From contig JAEUKJ010000340.1 in assembly GCA_016792665.1 (NCBI GenBank), positions 28,880 through 92,879 on the forward strand: DNA of 64,000 nt, given 5' to 3'. Made by a program: the position numbers and the translations under genes. The DNA is from Deltaproteobacteria bacterium. Its GTDB lineage: Bacteria; Myxococcota_A; UBA9042; PHBI01. This document shows, one piece after another, positions 25,586 to 35,739 of this stretch (position 1 is its first letter; the number at the start of each line of letters is the position of its first letter). Under the pieces are notes generated by a model. It had not been told where the DNA came from and made no database searches. It saw only the letters and a program-made list of their open reading frames with translations.

Positions 25586-27222
25586 GCGCGCCGCCAGCCA
25601 AGGCTGGCCCCCTTCACGTCCTGATGGTCGAGGACTCCCCGACCGACGCGAAGCTCGTCCTGCGCGCGCTCCGCGACATCGGCCGCGAGATCGTCTCGAC
25701 CCGCGTCGACAGCGGCCCGGCTCTCACCCAACTGCTGTCCGAAGGCCCTTGGGACGTGGTGCTCAGCGATTGGTCGATGCCGTCGTTTGGTGCCCTCGAC
25801 GCGCTCGCGATCGTGCAGGCCTTCGACCCCGACCTGCCCTTCCTCATCGTGTCGGGGACCGTCGGCGAAGAGCGTGCCGTGGCCGCGATGCGGGCGGGCG
25901 CACACGACTACGTGATCAAGGACAACCTCGCGCGCCTCGCCCCCGCCATCGAGCGCGAGCTGCGCGAGCACGCCGAGCGTCGTCTGCGCAAGCAGGCCGA
26001 GCTCGACCGGCGACGCGTCGAAGAGGCCCTCGCGCGCACCCACGAACAGTTGAGGCACGCGCAGAAGATGGAGGCGATCGGCCGCCTCGCCGGTGGCGTC
26101 GCCCACGACTTCAACAACCTCCTCACGGTCATCCTGAGCTACGGCACCTTGCTGCGCGAGAGCCTCCCGTTCAGCCCCGAGGCGGTGGCGGACCTCGACG
26201 AGATCTGCAACGCCGGGCAGCGCGCCGCCGCCCTCACGCGTCAGCTCCTCGCGTTCTCGCGCCAGCAGGTGCTCGAGCCGCGGATCGTCGACCCGAACGA
26301 GATCGTCGTGAACATGGAGCGCATGTGCACCCGCATCCTCGGCGAGAACATCGAGCTGCGCGCGGTCCTCGGGCCCGCGGTGGGCGAGGTGCTCATCGAT
26401 CCGAGCTCGCTCGAGCAGGTGATCATGAACCTCGTCGTCAACGCGCACGACGCGATGCCGCGCGGCGGCAAGCTCACGATCGAGACCACGCGGCTCGACC
26501 TCGACGACGACTTCGCGGCGACCCACCTCGGCGTGGTCCCCGGCCCGCACCTCTGCTTGAGCGTCAGCGACGATGGCTCCGGCATGGACGCGGCGACGAT
26601 GCAGCACATCTTCGAGCCGTTCTTCACCACCAAGGAGCAGGGCAAGGGCACCGGCCTCGGACTCTCGACGGTCTTTGGTATCGTGCGTCAGGCCGGCGGC
26701 ACGATCTGGGTCTATAGCGAACCCGGGCTCGGCACGACCTTCAAGGTGCTCCTGCCGATCACCATGGGCACCCCCACCGCCAAGCGCACGCCGAGGCCCG
26801 TCGTCGATCTCCGCGGCACCGAGTCGATCCTCCTGGTCGAGGACGACGACGCGGTGCGCGCCGTCGCGGCCGGCATCTTGCGCAAGCACGGCTATCAGGT
26901 GCTCGCCGTGGGGAGCCCGCTCGAAGCGCTCACGGTGTCCGATGCGATGCTCGATACCTTCCATCTGCTGATGACCGACATCGTGATGCCGGGCATGAGC
27001 GGTCCCGAGCTCGCCATGCGCCTGCGCGAGCGCCGCCCGAACCTCAGGGTCCTGTGCATGTCGGGCTACACCGACGAGGCCGTCATGCGGCACTCGGGGC
27101 TGGGGGCCCTGCCGCGCAACGGCAACCCCAGCGGCCTCTGGACCGAAGCCGGCTTCGCGTTCCTGCAGAAGCCGCTCGTCCCCGACGCGCTCTTGCGAAA
27201 GGTCCGCGAGACCCTCGCCTGA
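25582..27222 (+). CDS. hybrid histidine kinase (REC-HisKA-HATPase_c-REC)
   Basis: N-terminal receiver VLMVEDSPTD...VVLSDWSMP. H-box GGVAHDFNNLL. ATPase NLVVNAHDA...DDGSGMD...GTGLGL. C-terminal receiver ILLVEDDDAV...LLMTDIVMPGMSG. Confidence 0.85.
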   Translation: MSAPPAKAGPLHVLMVEDSPTDAKLVLRALRDIGREIVSTRVDSGPALTQLLSEGPWDVVLSDWSMPSFGALDALAIVQAFDPDLPFLIVSGTVGEERAVAAMRAGAHDYVIKDNLARLAPAIERELREHAERRLRKQAELDRRRVEEALARTHEQLRHAQKMEAIGRLAGGVAHDFNNLLTVILSYGTLLRESLPFSPEAVADLDEICNAGQRAAALTRQLLAFSRQQVLEPRIVDPNEIVVNMERMCTRILGENIELRAVLGPAVGEVLIDPSSLEQVIMNLVVNAHDAMPRGGKLTIETTRLDLDDDFAATHLGVVPGPHLCLSVSDDGSGMDAATMQHIFEPFFTTKEQGKGTGLGLSTVFGIVRQAGGTIWVYSEPGLGTTFKVLLPITMGTPTAKRTPRPVVDLRGTESILLVEDDDAVRAVAAGILRKHGYQVLAVGSPLEALTVSDAMLDTFHLLMTDIVMPGMSGPELAMRLRERRPNLRVLCMSGYTDEAVMRHSGLGALPRNGNPSGLWTEAGFAFLQKPLVPDALLRKVRETLA

Positions 27223-27368
27223 TCTCGGGACGGGCTCCGCGAGCCATTCAATCTGAAGGGCGCACCGGTCGAAGTGACGGCCCTTCGACTCCGAGCTCGC
27301 TCCGATTCGAGCCCCTGATCGCGGGACTCGGCGGCTCGGAACTTGCTCGTGAACCAGGCCGAGGTGTC

Positions 27369-28319
27369 ATGTTCGATGTCACGGCGGCACGTGTCCTTGC
27401 GCGGCTCATGGTCGTGCTCCCCTGGCTGGGCGCCCCGGGCTGCATCGAGTCCAGCGAGCGGCGCATGCCGGCGGTGGCCCCCGACACGAACGACACGAAC
27501 GACACGAACGACGCGAGCACCGCGGACACCGACACGAGCACCGCGGACACCGACGCGAGCACCGCGGACACCGACGCGCGCACCTGCATGCCCGGCCATG
27601 CCATCGACGAGAGTGGGACCTGCGCGCCGTGTGGCGCCCAGACCGCGCACGGCCTCGCGGTCTATTTCACCTTCGACACCGAGAGCCTCGGGCGCGACCT
27701 CGGCGGCGGCGGACACGACGGCGTCGCGAGCCACCTGACCTCGGTCCCGGGCAAGCTCGGACAGGCCGCGCGCTTCGATGGGGTGACCTCGAAGCTCGCC
27801 CTCACCAGCGACACCAAGCTCGAGTCCTCCCGCACGCTCTGCGCGTGGGTGAGCCCGGCCGAAGCGCTCGGGCGCGGCGGTCCGATGCTGGTCGCCTCGG
27901 GCAACGACAAGGGTCCGCAGTCGCGCGTGGACCGCCTCGGCATCACGGCCTCGGTCGCAACACCCGGCACCTGCGGCTCAGTAACGCCAGGCTCGGCCCC
28001 CTATGCGGACACCAAGACCTGTGTCATCGGCGCGGGCCACATCGCCCCGCGCGCTTGGACCTTCGTCTGCTACGCGTGGACCGAACCTTCCAAGACGCTC
28101 GTCATCTACGTCGACGGCGCGGCGACACCGCTGTCTGACATCTCGCTCGTCAAGACCAAGCTCCGCGACATGACGGTCGGGGCCAACCCCACCGGCGGGG
28201 CCTCGACCCGCACCTACTTCGAAGGCGACCTCGACGAGGTCGCGCTCTGGGCCCGCGCGCTCAGCCTCGCCGAGATGGACGCCCTCTACAACGGGGGCGA
28301 GGGCTGCCTCATCCGCTGA
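27369..28319 (+). CDS. secreted LamG-like (concanavalin A-type jelly-roll) protein with a Thr/Asp-rich repeat linker
   Basis: ORF 27054..28319. ATG at 27369 gives the signal peptide MFDVTAARVLARLMVVLPWLGAPGC. The C-terminal YFEGDLDEVALWARALSLAEMDALYNGG is the hallmark of Laminin_G_3 domains. Confidence 0.65.
   Translation: MFDVTAARVLARLMVVLPWLGAPGCIESSERRMPAVAPDTNDTNDTNDASTADTDTSTADTDASTADTDARTCMPGHAIDESGTCAPCGAQTAHGLAVYFTFDTESLGRDLGGGGHDGVASHLTSVPGKLGQAARFDGVTSKLALTSDTKLESSRTLCAWVSPAEALGRGGPMLVASGNDKGPQSRVDRLGITASVATPGTCGSVTPGSAPYADTKTCVIGAGHIAPRAWTFVCYAWTEPSKTLVIYVDGAATPLSDISLVKTKLRDMTVGANPTGGASTRTYFEGDLDEVALWARALSLAEMDALYNGGEGCLIR
27483..27584 (+). repeat. in-frame tandem repeats: 9 bp x3 (gacacgaac = TND) followed by 21 bp x3.5 (gacgcgagcaccgcggacacc = DASTADT)
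   Basis: Seen directly in the nucleotide sequence. Encodes TNDTNDTND ASTADTDTSTADTDASTADTDA inside the LamG gene. Confidence 0.8.
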
Positions 28320-28409
28320 GCGCACAAGGCACGCGCTCGGGCTCCAAGTCCGTTGAGGGATCGTCCGACCCCGGCTATGCTCCCGCGCCGACTTCGGAGG
28401 TCCCCCATC

Positions 28410-29966
28410 ATGTCTGCGGGTCTCGCCGCCTTCCTCGCCCTGGCCCACGCGCAGCCGCGCCCGGCCAAGATCCCGCTCGTGCGCCACGTCACGGCCGACC
28501 TCGACACCCCCGTCGCTGCCTTCTGGAAGCTGCGACGCGGGTCGCACTCCTTCCTCCTGGAGTCGGTCGAAGGCGGCGAGAAGCTCGCGCGCTACACGCT
28601 GCTCGGCACCGAGCCCCGCGCCATCTTGAGCGCGCGCGGCCGCGAGCTCGTGACCGAGATCCCCGGTCACGCGCCGACCTCGACCTTCCCCGACCATCCG
28701 CTCGGCGCCCTCGGCGCTATCCTCGATCGCTTCGAGGGTGGCCCTGGCCGCGCGGGCCCGTCGCTGGGACTCGACGTCGCGACCGGCCTGGAGGTCGCCC
28801 TGCCCCGCTTCTACGGCGGCCTGGTCGGTGCCATCTCCTACGACGCCGTCCGCCAGGTCGAGCGCCTCCCCGACCGCCACCAGTCGCCGACCGACCCGCC
28901 CGAGCTGGTCTTCCTCGAGACGCGCGAGCTCCTCGTCTGGGACAACGTCGCGCACCGCGCGATGCTCGTGCACCTGGTCGACGTCTCCGAAGGCATCGCG
29001 CTGGAAGCGACCTACCGCGACGCCGTGGCCTCGCTCGACGCCCTCCAGGCCCGCCTGGAAGGCCCTCTTCCGCCGCTCCCCACCTCACCCTCGGCCACGC
29101 CCGAGGCGGTCACCGTCTCGATGGACGACCTGCGCTACGCGGCCGTCGTCGACGAGGCGCGCGAGCTCATCGCCGCCGGCGACATCATCCAGGTCGTCCT
29201 CTCGCGTCGCTTCACGCAGGCGCGCAACGGCCTCCATCCGTTCCTCGTCTACCGCACGCTGCGCGGCCTGAACCCCTCGCCCTTCATGTTCTACCTCGAG
29301 CTCGGTGAACGCACGCTGGTCGGCGCCTCCCCCGAGCTGCTCGTGCGTCGCACGGCGTCGACCCGCGAGGTCGAGGTCCGCCCCATCGCCGGCACGCGCC
29401 CGCGCGGCAAGACCCCGGAGGAAGACGAGCGCTTGATGGCCGAGCTGCGCGCCGACCCGAAGGAGATCGCCGAGCACGTGATGCTGCTCGACCTCGGCAG
29501 AAACGATCTGGGCCGCATCGCCGAGACCGGCTCGGTCACCGTCGACGCCGTCATGGTCTTCGAGCGCTACAGCCACGTGACCCACCTCGTCAGCCACGTC
29601 CGCGCCACCGCGCGCCCCGACGTGGGCCCGGCCGCCACCGTCGCCGCGACCTTCCCGGCCGGCACCTTGTCGGGCGCCCCGAAGATCCGCGCCATGGAGA
29701 TCATCGACGCGCTCGAGGACCACCGCCGCGGGACCTATGGCGGCGCGGTCGGCACGGTCGGCATCGACGGGTCGCTCGACCTCGCCATCGCCATCCGGAC
29801 GCTTGCCGCCGATCCCGAGACGTTCACGGTCCAGGCCGGAGCCGGCATCGTGTGGGACTCCGTGGGCCAGACCGAAGCCGACGAGACCCGCAGCAAGGCC
29901 CGCGCGGTGCTCACCGCCATCGACCGCGCGCGCGCCGCCTTCGCGCCCAAGGAGGTCTCCCGATGA
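28410..29966 (+). CDS. trpE: anthranilate synthase component I
   Basis: ATG with a GGAGG RBS. Chorismate-binding motifs [37 protein letters not shown] and [20 protein letters not shown]. The 4-bp start/stop overlap (TGATG-type) with the next gene could not be confirmed by eye. Confidence 0.92.
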   Translation: MSAGLAAFLALAHAQPRPAKIPLVRHVTADLDTPVAAFWKLRRGSHSFLLESVEGGEKLARYTLLGTEPRAILSARGRELVTEIPGHAPTSTFPDHPLGALGAILDRFEGGPGRAGPSLGLDVATGLEVALPRFYGGLVGAISYDAVRQVERLPDRHQSPTDPPELVFLETRELLVWDNVAHRAMLVHLVDVSEGIALEATYRDAVASLDALQARLEGPLPPLPTSPSATPEAVTVSMDDLRYAAVVDEARELIAAGDIIQVVLSRRFTQARNGLHPFLVYRTLRGLNPSPFMFYLELGERTLVGASPELLVRRTASTREVEVRPIAGTRPRGKTPEEDERLMAELRADPKEIAEHVMLLDLGRNDLGRIAETGSVTVDAVMVFERYSHVTHLVSHVRATARPDVGPAATVAATFPAGTLSGAPKIRAMEIIDALEDHRRGTYGGAVGTVGIDGSLDLAIAIRTLAADPETFTVQAGAGIVWDSVGQTEADETRSKARAVLTAIDRARAAFAPKEVSR

Positions 29967-30586
29967 AGCTGCTGATGATCGACAACTACGACAGCTTCAC
30001 CTTCAACCTCGTGCAATACCTCGGCGAGCTCGGCGCGACCCTCGAGGTCGTGCGCAACGACGCCCTCACCGTCGACGAAGCCCTGGCGCGCCGCCCCGAC
30101 GCCTTCGTCATCTCCCCCGGCCCGTGCTCTCCGAAGGAGGCCGGCATCTCGGTCGAGCTCATCCAGAAGGCCTCGGGCAAGGTCCCGCTGCTCGGCGTCT
30201 GCCTCGGCCACCAGTCGCTGGCCGCGGCCTATGGCGGCTCGATCATCCGCACCGGCCTCATCATGCACGGCAAGACCTCGCCGATCTCGCACCGCGACAG
30301 CGACATCTTCAAGGGCCTCCCGAACCCGTTCGCGGCGACCCGCTATCACTCGCTGATGGCCGACCCGGCCGATCTCCCGGGCTGCCTCGAGGTCACCGCC
30401 TGGACCGACGACCCGCGCCCCGACGGCACCACGCGCCGCATCATCATGGGCCTGGCCCACACCACGCACCCGACCTGGGGCGTCCAGTTCCACCCCGAGT
30501 CGATCCTCACGACCGCTGGCAAGTCCCTCTTGAGGAACTTCCTCGCGCTGGCCGGCGAGGCCCGCACGCTACTGGGTGCGGCATGA
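29963..30586 (+). CDS. trpG: anthranilate synthase component II (glutamine amidotransferase)
   Basis: [20 protein letters not shown]. Catalytic Cys in GVCLGHQ. HPES at the C-terminus. GGAGG RBS. Confidence 0.9.
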   Translation: MKLLMIDNYDSFTFNLVQYLGELGATLEVVRNDALTVDEALARRPDAFVISPGPCSPKEAGISVELIQKASGKVPLLGVCLGHQSLAAAYGGSIIRTGLIMHGKTSPISHRDSDIFKGLPNPFAATRYHSLMADPADLPGCLEVTAWTDDPRPDGTTRRIIMGLAHTTHPTWGVQFHPESILTTAGKSLLRNFLALAGEARTLLGAA

Positions 30587-31662
30587 GCGTGAACGACCCC
30601 TTCAAGGAGTCGCTGCTGCGCGTCGCGGCCGGCACCCCGCTGTCCGAGTCCGAGGCCTACGAGGCGACCTCGGCCATCATGGACGGCCCGGTCTCCGAGC
30701 CGCGCATCGCCGCCTTCCTCACCGCGCTGAAGGTCCGCGGCGAGACCTCGGACGAGCTCACCGGCGCGGCCCGCGCGATGCGTCAGCGCGTCGTGCCGAT
30801 CGCGCATGGCTACGACCGCCTCCTCGACACCTGCGGCACGGGCGGCGACGGGACCCACACCTTCAACGTCTCGACGACGGTCGCCTTCGTGTGCGCGGCC
30901 GCCGGCGCCAAGGTCGCCAAGCACGGCAACCGCGCCGTCTCCTCGTCGGTGGGCAGCGCCGACGTGCTCGAGGCCCTGGGCGCTGCTATCGGCCTCACCC
31001 CGGTCGACGTGCTCCGCTGTATCGACACCCTGAACGTCGGCTTCATGTTCGCCCCACGCCACCATGGCGCGCTCGCGCATGCGGCCCCGGTGCGGCGCGA
31101 GCTCGGCTTCCGCACGATGTTCAACCTGCTCGGCCCGATGACCAACCCCGCGGCCGCCACCCACCAGCTCATGGGCATCTTCGACGGACGCCGCCTGAAC
31201 CAGGTGGCCGAGGTGCTCATGCGGCTCGGCGTGCGCCGCGCGCTGGTCGTGCATGGGCCAGGCGGCATGGACGAGCTCGGGCTCGACGGCCCGTCGCACG
31301 CGACCCACCTCATCGATGGTCGCCTCCACACGATGACCATCGACCCGGCCCCGCTCGGCCTCAGCCCCGCCTCGACCGCGGACCTCAAAGGCGGTGACGC
31401 GGCCTTCAACGCCACGATGATCCGCGAGGTCCTGGCCGGTCGGCGCGCCGGCGCCGCAGCCGACATCGTCGCCTTGAACGCGGGCGCGGCGCTCTGGGTC
31501 GCCGAGCTCGCCGAGTCTCTCGCCGACGGCGTCGCCCTGGCCCGCGACATCCTCCAGCGGGGCACGGCCCTGGACGTCGCCCAGGCCTTCATCGACCTCA
31601 CCCGCACCCTGGCCGATGCTTACGTCTCGGGCGCGCCCGCCGACGGAAAGGCCCACCGATGA
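30583..31662 (+). CDS. trpD: anthranilate phosphoribosyltransferase
   Basis: [22 protein letters not shown] and MFNLLGP motifs. The 4-bp overlap (TGATG-type) with the next gene could not be confirmed by eye. Confidence 0.9.
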   Translation: MSVNDPFKESLLRVAAGTPLSESEAYEATSAIMDGPVSEPRIAAFLTALKVRGETSDELTGAARAMRQRVVPIAHGYDRLLDTCGTGGDGTHTFNVSTTVAFVCAAAGAKVAKHGNRAVSSSVGSADVLEALGAAIGLTPVDVLRCIDTLNVGFMFAPRHHGALAHAAPVRRELGFRTMFNLLGPMTNPAAATHQLMGIFDGRRLNQVAEVLMRLGVRRALVVHGPGGMDELGLDGPSHATHLIDGRLHTMTIDPAPLGLSPASTADLKGGDAAFNATMIREVLAGRRAGAAADIVALNAGAALWVAELAESLADGVALARDILQRGTALDVAQAFIDLTRTLADAYVSGAPADGKAHR

Positions 31663-32507
31663 GCGTCCTCGAGTCCATCGTCCAGCGCACGCGCCAGCGC
31701 CTCGCCGAGTCGCCGCCCCACCTCGAGGCCCTCTGCGCGCGCGTCGAAGACATGAACCAGGCCCTGCCGCCGCTCGACGTGCTGGCCGCGCTCCGGGCGC
31801 CCGGCCACCGCATCATCGCCGAGCTGAAGCGCCACTCGCCGAGCCTCGGCGCGCTGGCCCCCGACGCCGATCCCTTCGCGGTCGCGACTGCGTACGCCGA
31901 CGCCGGGGCCGCGGCCATCTCGGTCCTGACCGAGCCCGAGCGCTTCGGCGGGAGCTTCGCCGACCTCGACGCCGTCTCGCGGCTCGTGCATCCGCGCGGG
32001 GTCCCGACCCTCTGCAAGGACTTCGTCGTCGACCCGCGCCAGGTGCTCATGGCCCGCGCCCACGGGGCGAGCCTCGTGCTCTTGATCGTCCGCGCCTTGG
32101 ACGACCAGGCCCTCGTGAGCCTGCGCGAGCAGATCGAGTCGCTCGGCATGCAGGCCCTGGTCGAGACCCACGACGCCCACGAGATCGCGCGCGCGGTCGC
32201 CACCGGGGCCAGGATCATCGGCGTCAACAGCCGGAACCTCGACACCCTGGTCATCGACCTCGCGGTCGCCGAGGCCCTGCGCGCCGCCATCCCCGCCGAC
32301 CGCATCGCCATCGCCGAGAGCGGCATCGAGTCGTCGGCACATGTCGCGCGGCTCGCCCGATCCGGTTATCGTCACTTCCTGGTCGGCTCGAGCCTCATGC
32401 GCCACGCCGACCCCGCCGCACTACTCAGAGAGCTGATCAACGCCGAAGGCCTGGCCGAGCCAGGCAGCCCACGGAGTGATAGCCACCCCGACGTGAGGAG
32501 CCCGTGA
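31659..32507 (+). CDS. trpC: indole-3-glycerol-phosphate synthase
   Basis: IIAELKRHSPS, LCKDFVVDP and IGVNSRNL motifs. Confidence 0.9.
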   Translation: MSVLESIVQRTRQRLAESPPHLEALCARVEDMNQALPPLDVLAALRAPGHRIIAELKRHSPSLGALAPDADPFAVATAYADAGAAAISVLTEPERFGGSFADLDAVSRLVHPRGVPTLCKDFVVDPRQVLMARAHGASLVLLIVRALDDQALVSLREQIESLGMQALVETHDAHEIARAVATGARIIGVNSRNLDTLVIDLAVAEALRAAIPADRIAIAESGIESSAHVARLARSGYRHFLVGSSLMRHADPAALLRELINAEGLAEPGSPRSDSHPDVRSP

Positions 32508-33232
32508 GCGACGATACGGACACGATGGAGGTCGCGCAGGCGCACCCCCCGAAAAAGAAGATGCCGTACATCAAGTTCTGCGGCTTCATGAACGCGCGCG
32601 AGGCAGCGACCGCGGTCTCGCTGGGGGCCGACCTCATCGGCATCAACTTCTGGCCGGGCTCGCCGCGCGCCATTCATCTCAAGCTGGCGCGCTCGATCCA
32701 CGAGGCCGTCAAGAAGGCCTCGGCCGAGCGCAACAGCAAGCGTCCCGCCCGCACGGTCGCGGTCATGGTGAACCCCGACGCCGAGCTCGTGCTCGAGATC
32801 CTGCGCGAGGTCGAGCCCGACATCCTGCAGTTCCACGGCGAAGAGCCGGTGCACGTGTGCCGCTACTTCCGCCACCCGTTCATCAAGGCCTTCCGCCCGC
32901 GCGGCTCCGGCGACCTCAAGGCGATCGCGACGTACACCGGCGGCTACAACGTCGGCTACCTGCTCGATGGCGCGCGCGACGACGAGTACGGCGGCACCGG
33001 CAAGATCGTGTCACCCGCCCTGGCCACCGAGGCCTTCCAGTCCATCCCGCGCGGCTTCCTGGCCGGAGGCCTCACGCCCAAGAACGTGGCCGGCCTCGTG
33101 CGGCAGATGTCGCCCTACGGCGTCGACGTGGCGAGCGGCATCGAGATGCGCGTCGGCATCAAGAGCCTGGACCTCATGGCGGAGTTCATCCGCGAGGTGC
33201 GCGCCGCCATCGAGAACCCGCTCGGGCTCTGA
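32504..33232 (+). CDS. trpF: phosphoribosylanthranilate isomerase (with an 19-aa N-terminal extension if the ATGA-coupled start is used)
   Basis: IKFCGFMNAREA...GADLIGINFWPGSPR...LQFHGEE...GGLTPKNV. An alternative start is MPYIKF at 32561. Confidence 0.85.
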   Translation: MSDDTDTMEVAQAHPPKKKMPYIKFCGFMNAREAATAVSLGADLIGINFWPGSPRAIHLKLARSIHEAVKKASAERNSKRPARTVAVMVNPDAELVLEILREVEPDILQFHGEEPVHVCRYFRHPFIKAFRPRGSGDLKAIATYTGGYNVGYLLDGARDDEYGGTGKIVSPALATEAFQSIPRGFLAGGLTPKNVAGLVRQMSPYGVDVASGIEMRVGIKSLDLMAEFIREVRAAIENPLGL

Positions 33233-33235
33233 GCA

Positions 33236-33266
33236 CGGCGCGCCTGGTTTCCCAAGCGCGCCTGCC
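33236..33266. terminator. GC-rich hairpin (GGCGCGCC ... AGCGCGCC) between convergent trpF and the lipoprotein gene; candidate bidirectional terminator
   Basis: Seen directly: cacggcgcgcctggtttcccaagcgcgcctg in the 52-bp convergent gap. Confidence 0.35.
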
Positions 33267-33284
33267 CGGTTCGGCGAGTCGCGG

Positions 33285-35441
33285 CTAGTCGTAGTAGTAG
33301 ATGACGTCCGCGCTCTGGATACACGCGACGCCTTCGCTCACGACCGAGTTGCTGGCCGTGTCGAAGCAGAAGCACTCGAAGTTGATGCACGTCCCGACGA
33401 TGATCTCCGTGCTCGTGGCGTGGTCGATCGTCTGGTCGAGGAGCGTGACGCCCGCATCGAGGAGGTCCACGAAGTCGGCCTGGAGCTGCACCGAGGTCGC
33501 GTTGCCACCCGACTGGTTGATGGCGCCGAGGTCCGCGATATAGCCGAGGTTGGTCGCCTGGAAGGAGACCTTGTCGGCGGTCGCGGCGCTGACGATGGCG
33601 CCGAGGTCGGCCTGGCGCTGCGCGATGAAGTCGTTCTTGGCCGAGATGTTGCCAAGCACCGTGGCGAGCTGGTCGAGTCGGCCGTTGTTGGCCTCATCGT
33701 AGCTCGCGATGAGCTCGTTCCGCGCCGCCAGCGCGGCGACCAGCTGGCCTTGCTTCTGCTGGAGGGAGGCCTGGGCGCCGAGGATCTCCGCGTCGAGCTG
33801 CGCGATGACGGCGGTGTGCGAAGCCACTTCGTTCTGGAGCTGCTCATCGAGCTGGAGATACGCGTCGTTGGCGTCCTGGTAGCTCCCGTAGGTCGTGCCC
33901 TCGACGACCCAGGTCTGGGGATCCTCGACCACGATCGGGGACGCGCCGAGCGCGGCGAGCCGGCCGGCGGCGTTGTCCAGCGACGCCTGGATCCCGACGC
34001 GGCTGTCGAGGTAGGAGGCGATATCGTTCTGCAGGTTGGCGATGTTCGCGTCGAGGCCATCGATCTGCTTCGCGTGGTTCGCGAGGTCGACGCTGTACTG
34101 CTGGTCGGCGCGCGCGATCAGCACATCGACCTGCGCCTTCTGCGCCAGCAATCCCTTGAGGTCGTTGCCCGCGTTGATGATGTCGACGCGCGGCGGGGCG
34201 ATCTCGCTGTGGCGGGTCTCGAACGCCGCGATCTTGCCGATCGCCTCGCTCTTGCCGAGCTGGAAGCGCAGCAGATCGAGCGAGGTGCAGCCGGGGTCGC
34301 TGGACGCGGTGACCGACGTGCCATCGTAGTGGTAGCAGAAGAGACGCGGCACGCCGAAGGGCGTGTACTCGGTCTTGACCTCGTCGCCACCGTTGAGCGG
34401 GTGCTGCGAGCAGGTGAGGCCACCCGTCGGCCCCGTCACCGGGACGTCGAAGTGGATGACCGGGTAGCTCGCGTTGCTCGCGGTCCAGCCGGAGGTCATC
34501 TGGGTCGCGTCCGAGGCGGTCGCGAAGAGCGACACGCTGCAGTCGGCCTGGCTCTGGTCGATGCCGATGGCGATGTTCCAGAACTTCTTCGCGCAGGTCT
34601 CGCCGTCGCAGTCGAGGTCCTCGCTGCCGGTGTAGACGGCATACTGCCACACCGCGTCTTCGAGGTCCGGGTCGGGGTTGAGGGCGGTGTACGCGTTGCC
34701 GGGCGCGATGCTCGGGTCGAGGGCGATCGTGTCGCCACCGCAGGTGACGCGCACGTCGCCGTCGATGTGCAACACGGTGTCGCCGCCGGGACCGCCGGTG
34801 CAGGCGATGGCGGCGACGACGGTGTCACCGCGCGAGCCGTCGGCCTGGAAGAGGAGCTGGAGGGCGTCGTCGTTGGCGTCGGTGCAGTCGAACTTCGCCG
34901 AGCAGAAGATGTCCTCGAAGTTCACCGCGATGTCGAAGAAGCCCTGGTTGGCGTCGCGCATGATGGTGAGGTTGAAGGTGACCGCGGTGTCCTGGTTCTC
35001 TTTGCAGTCGAACGCGAGCGTGCAGCCTTCGGCGCCGCAGGGGTTCTGCCAGTTGGACTGGCCGTCGTCGGCGATGTCGTCACCGCCGGCATCGTAGAGG
35101 CCGTCGACCCACACCGTGACGGTGTTCGACTGCACGCCGTTCGGGCCCGACGCATCGCACGGCCCGACGTAGCTGATGTCGCCGCCGGGGCCGCTGCCGT
35201 ATTGCCCCGAGCAGATCGTCTCGTCGCCGTCGGCCCACGAGGTCAGGGGATCGCCCTTGGACCACACGGTCTCGTTGGCGGCGTTGGCGACCCGAAGGTC
35301 GAAGCAGGCCTGGGCGATGCCGGGCAGGGTCAGGGGGAGGGTCGCGATTTGCACGGTGCGCCCCGGGGGCGCCGTGCCGGTGTCCGCGCAGGCGACGAGG
35401 GCCAGCGCGCCCGCAAGGGACGAGCAGAGGAGAGCTTTCAT
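33285..35441 (-). CDS. large hypothetical lipoprotein (718 aa): Cys-rich N-terminal half, coiled-coil-rich C-terminal half
   Basis: Lipoprotein signal MKALLCSSLAGALALVAC. About 30 Cys in the first 400 aa; heptad-like Q/A/L-rich segments from about 430 to 640. No catalytic motif recognised. Confidence 0.65.
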   Translation of the reverse strand: MKALLCSSLAGALALVACADTGTAPPGRTVQIATLPLTLPGIAQACFDLRVANAANETVWSKGDPLTSWADGDETICSGQYGSGPGGDISYVGPCDASGPNGVQSNTVTVWVDGLYDAGGDDIADDGQSNWQNPCGAEGCTLAFDCKENQDTAVTFNLTIMRDANQGFFDIAVNFEDIFCSAKFDCTDANDDALQLLFQADGSRGDTVVAAIACTGGPGGDTVLHIDGDVRVTCGGDTIALDPSIAPGNAYTALNPDPDLEDAVWQYAVYTGSEDLDCDGETCAKKFWNIAIGIDQSQADCSVSLFATASDATQMTSGWTASNASYPVIHFDVPVTGPTGGLTCSQHPLNGGDEVKTEYTPFGVPRLFCYHYDGTSVTASSDPGCTSLDLLRFQLGKSEAIGKIAAFETRHSEIAPPRVDIINAGNDLKGLLAQKAQVDVLIARADQQYSVDLANHAKQIDGLDANIANLQNDIASYLDSRVGIQASLDNAAGRLAALGASPIVVEDPQTWVVEGTTYGSYQDANDAYLQLDEQLQNEVASHTAVIAQLDAEILGAQASLQQKQGQLVAALAARNELIASYDEANNGRLDQLATVLGNISAKNDFIAQRQADLGAIVSAATADKVSFQATNLGYIADLGAINQSGGNATSVQLQADFVDLLDAGVTLLDQTIDHATSTEIIVGTCINFECFCFDTASNSVVSEGVACIQSADVIYYYD

Positions 35442-35739
35442 TGACGGCTCCGAGGGTAGGCGATGGGGGCTGTCCGTGACGGAACGCCGGGGAGGCCGCC
35501 GCGTGGCCTTGGGTCACGAGCCTCTTCCCGGCACCGCGGCGATGCCGCGCAACATGACCTCGGGAGCCCGCAACTCCATGAACGAGGTTCACCCGAGCAT
35601 TATCCCAATCGGAACGCGGGGAACAGGACAATCGCCGAGGGCCAGAGAAGACGTGAGCTCGGACCTGTCCATGCGACCGGTGTACGCGGTCCGTGATCAC
35701 ACCTAGCCTCGGCCACCATGGAAGAACCCGCCATTCCCG

